The notes under the pieces are model-generated. The model did not search any database, was not told the DNA's origin, and saw only the letters and a list, made by a program, of their open reading frames with translations. This document shows, in pieces, positions 1-8,422 of a stretch of 46,180 bases of DNA; within the stretch, counting starts at the first letter, position 1; each line of letters opens with the position of its first letter. This stretch comes from Candidatus Yanofskybacteria bacterium (lineage in GTDB: Bacteria; Patescibacteriota; Minisyncoccia; 2-02-FULL-40-12; GWA2-44-9), in contig JAHFKT010000002.1 of NCBI GenBank assembly GCA_023245235.1, positions 16,803 to 62,982 of the forward strand. The letters are read 5' to 3'. The position numbers and the translations under genes were made by a program.

Positions 1-1
1 G

Positions 2-229
2 AATCTCCAGAAGAACCTTGACGTGTGCGCCGCGAATCTTGTACGCGCGAAAAAATCAGAGAATGAGGTCGAGCACCTCTACCGCGAAGGTCTGGTGGAG
101 CTTTTCAAGACCAAAGATGTCATCAGGATAATGAAGACCCGCGAGGTGTACCGCCATCTGTCGAACGCCGCTGACCGCGTCGGCGAGGCGGCGGACATCA
201 TCGGCGACATCCTCGTCAAGAATGCATAA
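2..229 (+). CDS. DUF47/PhoU-like phosphate transport regulator, C-terminal part (truncated by window start)
   Basis: ENEVEHLYREGLVELF...MKTREVYRHLSNAADR...DIIGDILVKNA matches the DUF47 C-terminus. Confidence 0.8.
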   Translation, partial: NLQKNLDVCAANLVRAKKSENEVEHLYREGLVELFKTKDVIRIMKTREVYRHLSNAADRVGEAADIIGDILVKNA

Positions 230-324
230 GTTAGAGCGTGAAACCTTGCAGGTCCGGATGAACTAGTCTACAATTCTTTTTAACAAGGTCGAAAAAACTA
301 ACAATAACTTTGAAGAAGATAACC

Positions 325-603
325 ATGTCAAAAACAAAATCTCAAAAAGCGAATGATGCGATGAGGCAATCACTCCTGGTCGGTCTGGGACTACTGGACC
401 TGACGGTCACGAAGGTCGAAAAGTATTTGTCTGAACTGAAAAAAGACCTGCCGGCCAAGGACAGGAAACAGGCGGCTCAGGAGTTCATCAAGTCGGTGAA
501 ATCAAACAGCCAGGCCCTTGAACATTCGGTCAGAAAGAGCCTCAAGAAGTCCCTGGACGAAATGAGCGCCGCGGTGGATCCCGGCAAAAGACGTTCTGCG
601 TAA
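325..603 (+). CDS. small helical hypothetical protein (phasin-like N-terminus)
   Basis: ORF with SLLVGLGLLDLTVTKVEKYL motif; followed by terminator. Confidence 0.55.
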   Translation: MSKTKSQKANDAMRQSLLVGLGLLDLTVTKVEKYLSELKKDLPAKDRKQAAQEFIKSVKSNSQALEHSVRKSLKKSLDEMSAAVDPGKRRSA

Positions 604-616
604 GAACAAGCTCTCA

Positions 617-648
617 TTTAAAACTCCACCGTTCGGTGGAGTTTTAAA
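617..648. terminator. bidirectional intrinsic terminator
   Basis: TTTAAAACTCCACC-gttc-GGTGGAGTTTTAAA, perfect 14-bp stem between convergent genes. Confidence 0.8.
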
Positions 649-675
649 TTGAGCCGGACAAAGTAAAGAAGCCCG

Positions 676-969
676 TCAGGGCTTCATGAACATCCGGTAG
701 ACGCCAAAGAGGATAAAAGAGAACGGCACCAGCAGATAGAGCTTCGGCCAGAGACCAGTATAAACCTTGCGGGTGTACCAGGCCTCGACCAGCGGTGAAG
801 CTCCCAAGAGCACAAAGAACGGACCGACCGATAACGTTCCCGTTACGGCATATCGTTCAAGCTGAAAAACGAGTGCCGACGAAAGAAGAACTACACCTGC
901 CAGACGTATCCAGTTCGGCATCAGGTTTTTGACGCTCGTATGGCTGCCTAACGGAGTCCAGTAAGTCAT
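676..969 (-). CDS. small membrane protein (about 3 TM)
   Basis: hydrophobic ORF; TTGACA-17-TATCTT upstream. Confidence 0.6.
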   Translation of the reverse strand: MTYWTPLGSHTSVKNLMPNWIRLAGVVLLSSALVFQLERYAVTGTLSVGPFFVLLGASPLVEAWYTRKVYTGLWPKLYLLVPFSFILFGVYRMFMKP

Positions 970-1044
970 CTGTTTTCTGCGGTAAAAAGATACCGATATT
1001 TTGTGGTTCTGTCAATCAAAAACACCCCGGGCGGGGTGTCTGAT

Positions 1045-1425
1045 CTAATTGGCCTGAATGAGCTCGATGGGCATGTTGGCTATCTCATCTTTGCCGACCT
1101 TTATCCGGATGGAATACCGGCCGGGTTTCTGGAAACTCACATTCTCAAAATTGAGGATAAGATTCGGGGACTGGTTATCCTCTTTTGTCTCAAGTTTGAA
1201 ATTCAGTTCGGGAACGGCCGGTTTCCCGCCCTGGTCGAGAATCGCTACGACTCCGTCGTACATTCCCCGTGTGCCCACCTTCAGATTGGCCACAAAAGAG
1301 AACCGGGGATGTGTAAGCGGGAACTGTTTACCGGAGATGGCCCCGAAGATACCGATGACATTAACCTTGCCGTCCTGCGACAGGAAAGCGTAGTCACACA
1401 AGTGCGCATAATTGAGCTTTATCAT
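1045..1425 (-). CDS. DUF6941-like beta-sandwich protein
   Basis: LCDYA...DGKVNVIGIF...FQKPGRYSIRI motif pattern. Confidence 0.7.
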   Translation of the reverse strand: MIKLNYAHLCDYAFLSQDGKVNVIGIFGAISGKQFPLTHPRFSFVANLKVGTRGMYDGVVAILDQGGKPAVPELNFKLETKEDNQSPNLILNFENVSFQKPGRYSIRIKVGKDEIANMPIELIQAN

Positions 1426-1440
1426 ACGGTATTTATAGCA

Positions 1441-2052
1441 TTAATCGTCCAGATTACGAATATCTTCAACAAGTTCCGGAAATTCCTCCTGATTTAAATG
1501 TTTCCTGTCATCAAAAATCCGGGTATGGGCTTTCGGCAAAGCTTTCCTGTACTTTTCCAGAGCAGAGAACGGAACGACCGGGTCGTCCGTGCTGTGATAC
1601 AGGTAGATCTGTTCAGTTTGTAAGTTTAACGTATGCGGCAAAGCAAAGCCGGCCAAAGAATATCCGTCACAGTCTGTATCATAGACCGCGCCGACAAGGA
1701 ACACAGCCTTTATCTTTTTGGGGAATTTGTTTTCGGACAGATATTTTACGACAAAGGACCCGCCAAGAGAGTGCCCCATCAGGATAACCCCGTCGTTCAA
1801 AAAAGGAATGAGCTTCCCGAACCACAGTTTCCATTCCTTGAATCTGGCGTTCGTCTTGTTGGGCATGGCCGGCAGGATAACCTCGTAACCCTCGCCCAGT
1901 TTTTGTCTCAATCCCGGCTTCCAGTCATCCTTGCTCGTCTTGTACCGTTCGATGTCGATCTTGTAATTCCGGAGAAAATCCAAATACCTTCCATAGGTTT
2001 CAAAGGTGTCTCCCCCATGAATAATAACAACCTGTTTTTTCAGAATCGGCAT
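1441..2052 (-). CDS. alpha/beta hydrolase, RBBP9/YdeN family
   Basis: IIHGG, GHSLG nucleophile elbow, HSTDDPVVP, catalytic His in RKHLN. Confidence 0.85.
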   Translation of the reverse strand: MPILKKQVVIIHGGDTFETYGRYLDFLRNYKIDIERYKTSKDDWKPGLRQKLGEGYEVILPAMPNKTNARFKEWKLWFGKLIPFLNDGVILMGHSLGGSFVVKYLSENKFPKKIKAVFLVGAVYDTDCDGYSLAGFALPHTLNLQTEQIYLYHSTDDPVVPFSALEKYRKALPKAHTRIFDDRKHLNQEEFPELVEDIRNLDD

Positions 2053-2135
2053 ATTCAGACTTCATTCTAGCATAGCAATAGGCTCCGGACATCATCAATT
2101 TCTGAAAATCAAAGAGCCCCGATGGGGGCTCCGTT

Positions 2136-2441
2136 CTACTTTGCGGTTTCGTCCGCGGCGATGCGCAGAGAGCGCAGGAAGCGCCGGTCGTTGGCGGTTA
2201 TGTCCGGACTGCCGGGCATCCGGGGTTCGGCGTGTTCGGCCGGCGGGACTTTCATAAGCGCGGTGCTCGTGGTGGCGGGCGGGCGGTGAACGAAGTGAAC
2301 AACGGCTTCGAGCGACAGCCTCATTTCGAATCCCGCCGCCCGTGCTTTCTCGCGGCATGTCTCGACCTGAGGATTCCCGGCGATCGCCTCGGCGATGGCC
2401 TGGGCAAGCTCGTGCGCGAACCGGTTGACGATGTCGTCCAT
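2136..2441 (-). CDS. hypothetical protein with C-terminal NDRRFLRSLRI motif
   Basis: GC-rich ORF with upstream promoter-like AT region and downstream hairpin (2114-2131). Confidence 0.7.
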   Translation of the reverse strand: MDDIVNRFAHELAQAIAEAIAGNPQVETCREKARAAGFEMRLSLEAVVHFVHRPPATTSTALMKVPPAEHAEPRMPGSPDITANDRRFLRSLRIAADETAK

Positions 2442-2516
2442 AAGAACTGATTTGTCCTTGAATTAGACGATATTTTGTTTAAAAAATCAATACAATCTGC
2501 AGCACCCCGAACATCT

Positions 2517-3146
2517 TTACGGCAAAGCTACTCCGAGTTCTTTTAGATCAGCTTTCAGCTGCTCGTTATTTTTGAACAGTATCGGCACGTAACCGATCTC
2601 AGCGGATTTTTCCAGGCTTTTCACCGCGTCGTCAACAAAAACCACTTCTTCCGGCTTCACATGAAGCTTCTCAAATATGACCCGGAAGGCTCCCTCGTGA
2701 GGTTTTTGAAATCCTATCTCCGCAGAAACAACGACCTCATCCACCAGATCGGTTATGTTCTTCTCGCGCAGACGCTCTCTTAAGTCCGAGGTGTTATTGC
2801 TCAATATGCCGATCTTCAATCCTAACTGCCGGAGTACCGGTAATAGGACCAACAGTTCACTGTTCATCTCTCTTTTCGAGTTGGCATCACGTACCATCGC
2901 TCTGACTTTGCGTTCTATCTCGGGACTATCGTTAAACTCTGCAACAACTTTTACTATCATATCTTCCCAGCTCAAATTTTCTACATTGGACAGATGATTG
3001 TACTTAAAATAGGCATTTCGGAACTCATCGAAAGAAACGCCCAACAAGTCGGCGATAGATTTCCTCATGTCTCCGGCTTCTAATTCTATGACTCCTCCGT
3101 AGTCAAAAACTACCGCCTTAATATTTTTGTTCGTGTGATTCGTCAT
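2517..3146 (-). CDS. HAD-superfamily phosphatase (subfamily IA)
   Basis: VVFDYGGV motif I, LSN motif II, KP motif III, FVDD motif IV; start moved to MTNHT behind TGgTACCAT. Confidence 0.85.
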   Translation of the reverse strand: MTNHTNKNIKAVVFDYGGVIELEAGDMRKSIADLLGVSFDEFRNAYFKYNHLSNVENLSWEDMIVKVVAEFNDSPEIERKVRAMVRDANSKREMNSELLVLLPVLRQLGLKIGILSNNTSDLRERLREKNITDLVDEVVVSAEIGFQKPHEGAFRVIFEKLHVKPEEVVFVDDAVKSLEKSAEIGYVPILFKNNEQLKADLKELGVALP

Positions 3147-3196
3147 GTTCTCGGTCTTATGGTACCACAACGTTCCCAACGTCATCAATTTCCCAA

Positions 3197-3226
3197 CCCA
3201 AAACCCGCCGACTGGCGGGTTTTGGG
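3197..3226. terminator. intrinsic terminator downstream of protease gene
   Basis: CCCAAAACCCGCC-gact-GGCGGGTTTTGGG hairpin. Confidence 0.7.
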
Positions 3227-3255
3227 ATATTTTTAGTCGAAGATAACATAAGTGA

Positions 3256-4185
3256 CTACTTAGGAAAATCAATCTCTGAAGCCGCCACTATCTCCGATCC
3301 TTCTGTCGATTTCTTTGGTGTTTTAGTTATTACCGGATACGTATTTAGTATGTGTTCTAAGGTTGGATGATTGTTTACATCGCGGGTTATGATTAAACCC
3401 GTTTCCCTATCTTTAAGATTTCTCATTGAAAATTCTAAAATTTCAGAAACGATATATGCAGGTATAGCTAAAGTAAGCGATGTATCGGTATAATAAGGAA
3501 GTCTGATGTCATTCGGTAGAGAAATATTTTTATTATCAATAATGCCCGCGTATAACAAAGCAGTAACCTTATTGGTTTTTGGATTAAAAATTGGAGAACC
3601 ACTTGCTCCACCCTGGACTACGGCATCAATAAGCAATCCGTGAGGCTTAGCACACGGGAACGGCTGAATAGCACTTACGATTCCTCGTTGCAGTACCGGA
3701 TTGATCTGATGAATCCAACCCGGAGCACGAAGCGTCGCAGTTCCTAGCGGATATCCCGACATATAAACCTCGTCACCTTCTTGGAGGTCAAAAATTTTTT
3801 CCAGTTCGAGCGAAGGGAGTCCTTTTACTTTTACGTATATCAGTCCAATATCAGGTACATCCGGACCATAGTGAATACCTTCTACTGGTTTTTCGCGTCC
3901 TAGTGTCGCAACAGCTTCAACGTCCATGAATAATTCCGCCATGCCCTTGCCAGGTATACTGTGTAAATACATAACACTGATCGGCCATTCATCGCCCGGA
4001 GCCCCCTTTTTCCTCGGTAATTGCTTTATTAATTCAATAACGTGATTATTTGTAACAATAATCCCATCTTCGTGAGCTATAAATCCAGTACCAATAATGT
4101 CTGGAAAGTCGGGCCTTTGTGAGATTCTAGAAACAATAGCTACGACTCCAGGTTTAAGTTTTTTGTATTCTTCTGAGAAAGGCAT
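3256..4185 (-). CDS. trypsin-like (S1) serine protease, no signal peptide
   Basis: GTGF, TNNHV (His), DIG (Asp), GYPLG, GASGSP (Ser). Confidence 0.85.
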   Translation of the reverse strand: MPFSEEYKKLKPGVVAIVSRISQRPDFPDIIGTGFIAHEDGIIVTNNHVIELIKQLPRKKGAPGDEWPISVMYLHSIPGKGMAELFMDVEAVATLGREKPVEGIHYGPDVPDIGLIYVKVKGLPSLELEKIFDLQEGDEVYMSGYPLGTATLRAPGWIHQINPVLQRGIVSAIQPFPCAKPHGLLIDAVVQGGASGSPIFNPKTNKVTALLYAGIIDNKNISLPNDIRLPYYTDTSLTLAIPAYIVSEILEFSMRNLKDRETGLIITRDVNNHPTLEHILNTYPVITKTPKKSTEGSEIVAASEIDFPK

Positions 4186-4207
4186 TTCTATATAGTTAGT
4201 TTACCTA

Positions 4208-5575
4208 TCACGAAACACCCATCACAATTTTTGCCGCATGATAATATAAGCTGCTCTTTGTTTGGTCGTGATGCGGCTTACATAATGGTTCGCCGTTATT
4301 CGGGTCCCATAACGCGGCACATCCACAGGCCTGGGCAGTATTAGTTATCCTATAGTCTCGTAATATGCCATAAAATGATTTATACCGGTGATGAATCTCC
4401 AGATTTTCCGTTTTGTCACATGTGGCGATGGCGCACTTTCTGCCGAATCTTTCAAAAACGATCTTTCTCCAATTCTGATATTCGGGCATGCTCTCTATTT
4501 CTTTTCGTAGTTTGGTATATGCAATCCACGCTTCTTGCCTTCTTTGCTCCGCCTCTATTCGTATCTTCTCTTGGTTCTCCGAACGTATGCGAGCATCTTC
4601 GGCCAGTTTCCGCGCCCTCTCCGCTCTACGCTCCGGAGTATTATGCTCAATAATCTCCGCAACAATCTTCACAACAATCCAGCCACCAATCAAGAAAAGG
4701 ACTGCCTGCCAGGCAAAAATCGCAAGAGGAATTAGAATCACTAGAGATATTCCGTAGCCAATGATGCGAAGAATTGGTCCGAGTACGGGTATTGTTGTTA
4801 CATCTTTAACGTACGAGGAAGAGGGAATGTTTGTCGGCACTTGTGGTTGACTTCGTTGGGTGGCCGAAGTTGCACGAACTCGGTTATCTACTGGATCAGA
4901 TTTGAGTACAGAAGGACCCTTTATGTTTACATTCTCCACGCCTTCGCCTAGTACCGGGAGGATGGCCGTTGTCTTCTCTTTCGCCAATACCTGCGCTCTA
5001 TTCTCTAATGCATTCATATTTGTTGGCTCAATTTTTAAAACTTCATCAAAAGATTTCAGGGCATTTTGATGATCGCCAATTTCGTACAAGGCAACTCCTT
5101 TATTGTTTAGCACTAATACATTTGTTGGCTCAATTTTTAACACCTCAATATAAGCCTCCAGGGCCTCCTTGTGTCTACCAAGATTTCTGAAACAAAATCC
5201 GATATTGGCTAAAGTAGTGATCCTATTATTTAGTGCTAATATATTCTGTGGATCAATATTTAATATTCCGTCATCAGCCTCCAGGGCCTCTTGATATCTG
5301 ATCAACGCCTCATGATATTTGCCAATATATAGTGAGATAAACCCCTGATATGCTGAAAACCGACCTTTGTTGTTAAGTGCTTCGACATCTTCAGGATTAA
5401 TTTTTAAAACTTGGCGATAACCCTCCAGTGTCTTCTCTAGAATTGCAATATGTATCTGAGCACTTAAAATTCTTTTTGTGCCGTGTAGCGCCCCTACGTA
5501 TTTAGGGTCAGTTTTTAATCCTTCGCTAATTAAATCCAGATTCTGCTCTAATTCTTCTTTATCAGATAGATTCAT
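4208..5575 (-). CDS. TPR-repeat + transmembrane hairpin + C-terminal HNH endonuclease protein
   Basis: repeated ALNNKG/LKIEP TPR motifs; ~45-aa hydrophobic segment; CAIATC...LEIHH...NGEPLCKPHH. Confidence 0.8.
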   Translation of the reverse strand: MNLSDKEELEQNLDLISEGLKTDPKYVGALHGTKRILSAQIHIAILEKTLEGYRQVLKINPEDVEALNNKGRFSAYQGFISLYIGKYHEALIRYQEALEADDGILNIDPQNILALNNRITTLANIGFCFRNLGRHKEALEAYIEVLKIEPTNVLVLNNKGVALYEIGDHQNALKSFDEVLKIEPTNMNALENRAQVLAKEKTTAILPVLGEGVENVNIKGPSVLKSDPVDNRVRATSATQRSQPQVPTNIPSSSYVKDVTTIPVLGPILRIIGYGISLVILIPLAIFAWQAVLFLIGGWIVVKIVAEIIEHNTPERRAERARKLAEDARIRSENQEKIRIEAEQRRQEAWIAYTKLRKEIESMPEYQNWRKIVFERFGRKCAIATCDKTENLEIHHRYKSFYGILRDYRITNTAQACGCAALWDPNNGEPLCKPHHDQTKSSLYYHAAKIVMGVS

Positions 5576-5748
5576 ATCATTTATTTCAATTTCCTAACTG
5601 GCTCCAATGCCGAGAATCTTTCAAATTCTATTGCCCTAGATTATACCACATAACGGTTCTTTTGTGAAGGCCTGCGAAAGCGAAGCCCCATGTCTTCAGC
5701 GAGAAGCTGCGCAGGCCCGAAGCTTGGTGCTTGGTGAGGGCCGAGCAT

Positions 5749-6414
5749 CTATTTGACTTTTTGCTCAATTAAATTGCCGGATGTTTTATCAAATCTGAAC
5801 ATAGGCCCCAGAGATTGAGTCGATTTATCGTAGAAATAGATATAGAGTTCTCCGTTCTTATGAGAATAGCCTTCCGAGTAATAAACTGGCCAATCAACGG
5901 CGTTGCCGTGCTTAAGACCATCCTTTCCCATAACCAGAGGGATCAGTTCCCCAGTGCAAATAGCACCACCACACCAGTCTTGAAAAACAAAATAGCTATT
6001 GCCATTAAAATCGTAACGGTCATATCCTGCAAACTCATAGCCATATGCAAATTGATCGGACTCGGAATCAATTTTAAGTATGCTCGTTTTATTTTTAAAA
6101 ACCTCCAGATACCTCCAGCGGGTTTCACTAACGGCACCGTCCATAAATCCTTTCTCGATCTTTAGTGAATAGTCTGAAAAGCCCTCCAGCATAAGAACGG
6201 GGCTTTGCGGATCACTGCTGATAAAGTCTGCAGAGCTATGAACGATCCCGTCTTGGGAAGTGCGGGTAGGCGTAGTGATTGGAGTTTCCAAGCTATTAGA
6301 CACAAGGTTAGCGCTAAGATTAGGGGCTTGAGAAACTTTGTAAGTCAGGGCAAAATAACTGACTCCGGCAAGAATCAGAATACCGAGGGTATAGAATTTA
6401 TGTTCTGCTTTCAT
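5749..6414 (-). CDS. membrane-anchored/secreted hypothetical protein
   Basis: N-terminal TM helix, Thr/Pro linker, CGGAIC loop. Confidence 0.7.
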   Translation of the reverse strand: MKAEHKFYTLGILILAGVSYFALTYKVSQAPNLSANLVSNSLETPITTPTRTSQDGIVHSSADFISSDPQSPVLMLEGFSDYSLKIEKGFMDGAVSETRWRYLEVFKNKTSILKIDSESDQFAYGYEFAGYDRYDFNGNSYFVFQDWCGGAICTGELIPLVMGKDGLKHGNAVDWPVYYSEGYSHKNGELYIYFYDKSTQSLGPMFRFDKTSGNLIEQKVK

Positions 6415-6590
6415 GATTTTTAATCCTTACCCCCGACGATGATATCAGGGGTGTATGACTCCCGATCATCGTCGGGGGTGCATCCCAATTGAATTAGCTC
6501 GAGGCCTGCTCAATCTCCGTAGAAATTGACGTGCCCTTATTTAGTTAGCACTGCTCTCTAATCACAATCAGGGGTAAGGATTAAAACTCA
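6414..6590. repeat. nested inverted repeats (20-bp outer arms, 15-bp inner arms)
   Basis: 6414-6433 vs 6571-6590 (19/20); 6429-6443 vs 6465-6479 (15/15). Confidence 0.85.
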
Positions 6591-6598
6591 CTGAACGG

Positions 6599-6919
6599 CT
6601 AGCGCGAATTATTTCGCCATCGCAGTTTATTCAACCAGTTATGAGAGATACCGGAATAAGTAGTAAACCGCCACCACCAAGGAAGTTTCTTTTCTTCCTC
6701 AAAGAGCATCTTCCTCAACTCCAGATGTCTTGGTTCTTGGTCAACTTTCTTTGGATCAAGCGGGCCCGCTCTACCAACAGAGTAATGAGCAGCCGTATAT
6801 AAATGCAACTGTAGACCTATCCCTCTACGGAAATATCTTCCGCAGACGGGACATTTAATGCGGTCGTAGCAATTAGTATCTTTCCAATCATTTATGAATT
6901 GTTGCAGAGAGTTTATCAT
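6599..6919 (-). CDS. small protein with C2H2-type zinc finger
   Basis: CPVCGRYFRRGIGLQLHLYTAAH = C-x2-C-x3-F-x5-L-x2-H-x5-H. Confidence 0.65.
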   Translation of the reverse strand: MINSLQQFINDWKDTNCYDRIKCPVCGRYFRRGIGLQLHLYTAAHYSVGRAGPLDPKKVDQEPRHLELRKMLFEEEKKLPWWWRFTTYSGISHNWLNKLRWRNNSR

Positions 6920-7152
6920 GTTAGATTTTATTCCATCAATTAACCCTTAATCTTGTCCATTGATTATCCATTAATTGTCCATTCTTTTACCCCTATTTAA
7001 GACAAAACCCGCACGTTGGCGGTTTCCTACAAATCACTCCTTGATATTTAATGGTCCCCTTTGGCCGTCTTGTTTCATATCTTTCTCTTTATAGCTGAAG
7101 AATAAATTTTACGCAATAGATTTATATCAACAGCTCCGGTGCCGAATGTTTA

Positions 7153-7283
7153 TTCCAATGCGGGTCGTCGGACAATGACTCGGCAATGCCTAGCATCGTC
7201 CTCCTCTTGGGAACCAGGCGGTTCCCAACTTCCTCCACGGGAGCGTTACGCCGCTCCCGACCCCATACGTCCCCGCAATGGAA
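7153..7283 (-). ncRNA. candidate multi-branched structured RNA/element downstream of rpsI
   Basis: closing stem plus three hairpins; one hairpin has a G-U pair on the minus strand. Confidence 0.35.
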
Positions 7284-7285
7284 AA

Positions 7286-7312
7286 GAAAACTCCCGCGAG
7301 GCGGGAGTTTTC
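7286..7312. terminator. rpsI operon terminator
   Basis: GAAAACTCCCGC-gag-GCGGGAGTTTTC. Confidence 0.8.
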
Positions 7313-7319
7313 AAAACGC

Positions 7320-7895
7320 TTAACGTTTGTTCCATTGCGGGGCCTTGCGGGCTTTCTTGAGGCCGTATTTGCGGCGTTCTTTGATTCTTGAATCGCGGGT
7401 CAGGAAGCCGGACTTCTTGAGCTTCTTGCGGAAGTTCGGATCAAACAGTTCCAATGCGCGGGAGATGCCATGCTTGATGGCGCCGGCCTGGCCGGCAATG
7501 CCGCCGCCATGGACCAGGACCGTGGCCTTGAAACGGTTCAATGATTTGAGCTTGCGCAGAGGCGACTCCACGACATGCTGGAGGTTCACATCCTGGAAAT
7601 AGTCGATATAGTTCTTGTCGTTGACGGTCACCAAAGCCCGTTCTTCATCGACGGTATCGGAGGCTTTCTTGGTATATAAACGGACGCGGGCGATGGATTC
7701 CTTGCGCCGGCCGACGGACTGGAAATATTTCTCGGTGCCGTTCGCCTTCTCCTCGGTGCTCTCGGTGTCCTGAACAACATCAAGACCGGCGAGCGGGACG
7801 GCTTTGATCTCGACTTCGGGTTCCGCAACTGCCGGCGCCGGATGTGCCGGAGCTTTATGGACAACCTTATGTTTTACGGGTTTCTTGGTAGGCAT
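7320..7895 (-). CDS. rpsI: 30S ribosomal protein S9 with N-terminal extension
   Basis: VGRRKESIARVRL, GGGIAGQAGAI, LTRDSRIKERRKYGLKKARKAPQWNKR. Confidence 0.97.
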   Translation of the reverse strand: MPTKKPVKHKVVHKAPAHPAPAVAEPEVEIKAVPLAGLDVVQDTESTEEKANGTEKYFQSVGRRKESIARVRLYTKKASDTVDEERALVTVNDKNYIDYFQDVNLQHVVESPLRKLKSLNRFKATVLVHGGGIAGQAGAIKHGISRALELFDPNFRKKLKKSGFLTRDSRIKERRKYGLKKARKAPQWNKR

Positions 7896-7945
7896 ATTTA
7901 TATAACTTGCTGGCCGCACGCTCTTGCCTTGGGCATTCGAGCGGC

Positions 7946-8043
7946 TTTTGACCGACCTGCTTCGTTAGATCTTCCGCTTGCTCCTCAATGTACCACAGTA
8001 CATATCGTCGCAATACTCGGATCTGCCTCGCATTCGGTCAAAC
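7946..8043 (-). repeat. dispersed palindromic repeat
   Basis: TTTTGACCGA...TCGGTCAAAA outer arms, GTAC hairpin, GAGGAGCAA/AACGAAG motifs. Confidence 0.65.
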
Positions 8044-8080
8044 CAGCAGCGTTCTATTTGATTCGATTACTCATTTTTAA

Positions 8081-8422
8081 TTATTTGAACTTGATATTTT
8101 TGATTATCTTATCGCGGGTTTTGTTGACCGGCAACATGCGGTATACGATATGGCTCAATAACTTCTGCGGCTCTTTCTCCCAGCGCTCGCCCATGGTCCG
8201 GCTCTTGATGCCGCTGTGGTATCCGGAATAGTGGTGATACATTTTCTGATCGAGCTTGTTGCCGGTAAATTTGGCCTTATCGAGGTTTTTGATGACGACT
8301 TCGATATTAGGCATCTTGTTCGGCTCATAGGAAGGCAGATGTTTGCCGCGCAAAACCGTCGCCACTTCGGTTGCGATCCTGCCTAATGCCCTGTCTGTTG
8401 CGTCTATTTCGTATGTGGTCAT
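8081..8422 (-). CDS. rplM: 50S ribosomal protein L13
   Basis: IDATDRALGRIAT...LRGKH...YHHYSGY...YRMLP. Confidence 0.96.
   Translation of the reverse strand: MTTYEIDATDRALGRIATEVATVLRGKHLPSYEPNKMPNIEVVIKNLDKAKFTGNKLDQKMYHHYSGYHSGIKSRTMGERWEKEPQKLLSHIVYRMLPVNKTRDKIIKNIKFK

Noticed and set aside
6953-6985. DnaA boxes / oriC
   Set aside because: Only TT(A/G)TCCA matches, the terminal CA is absent, and there is no dnaA/dnaN context
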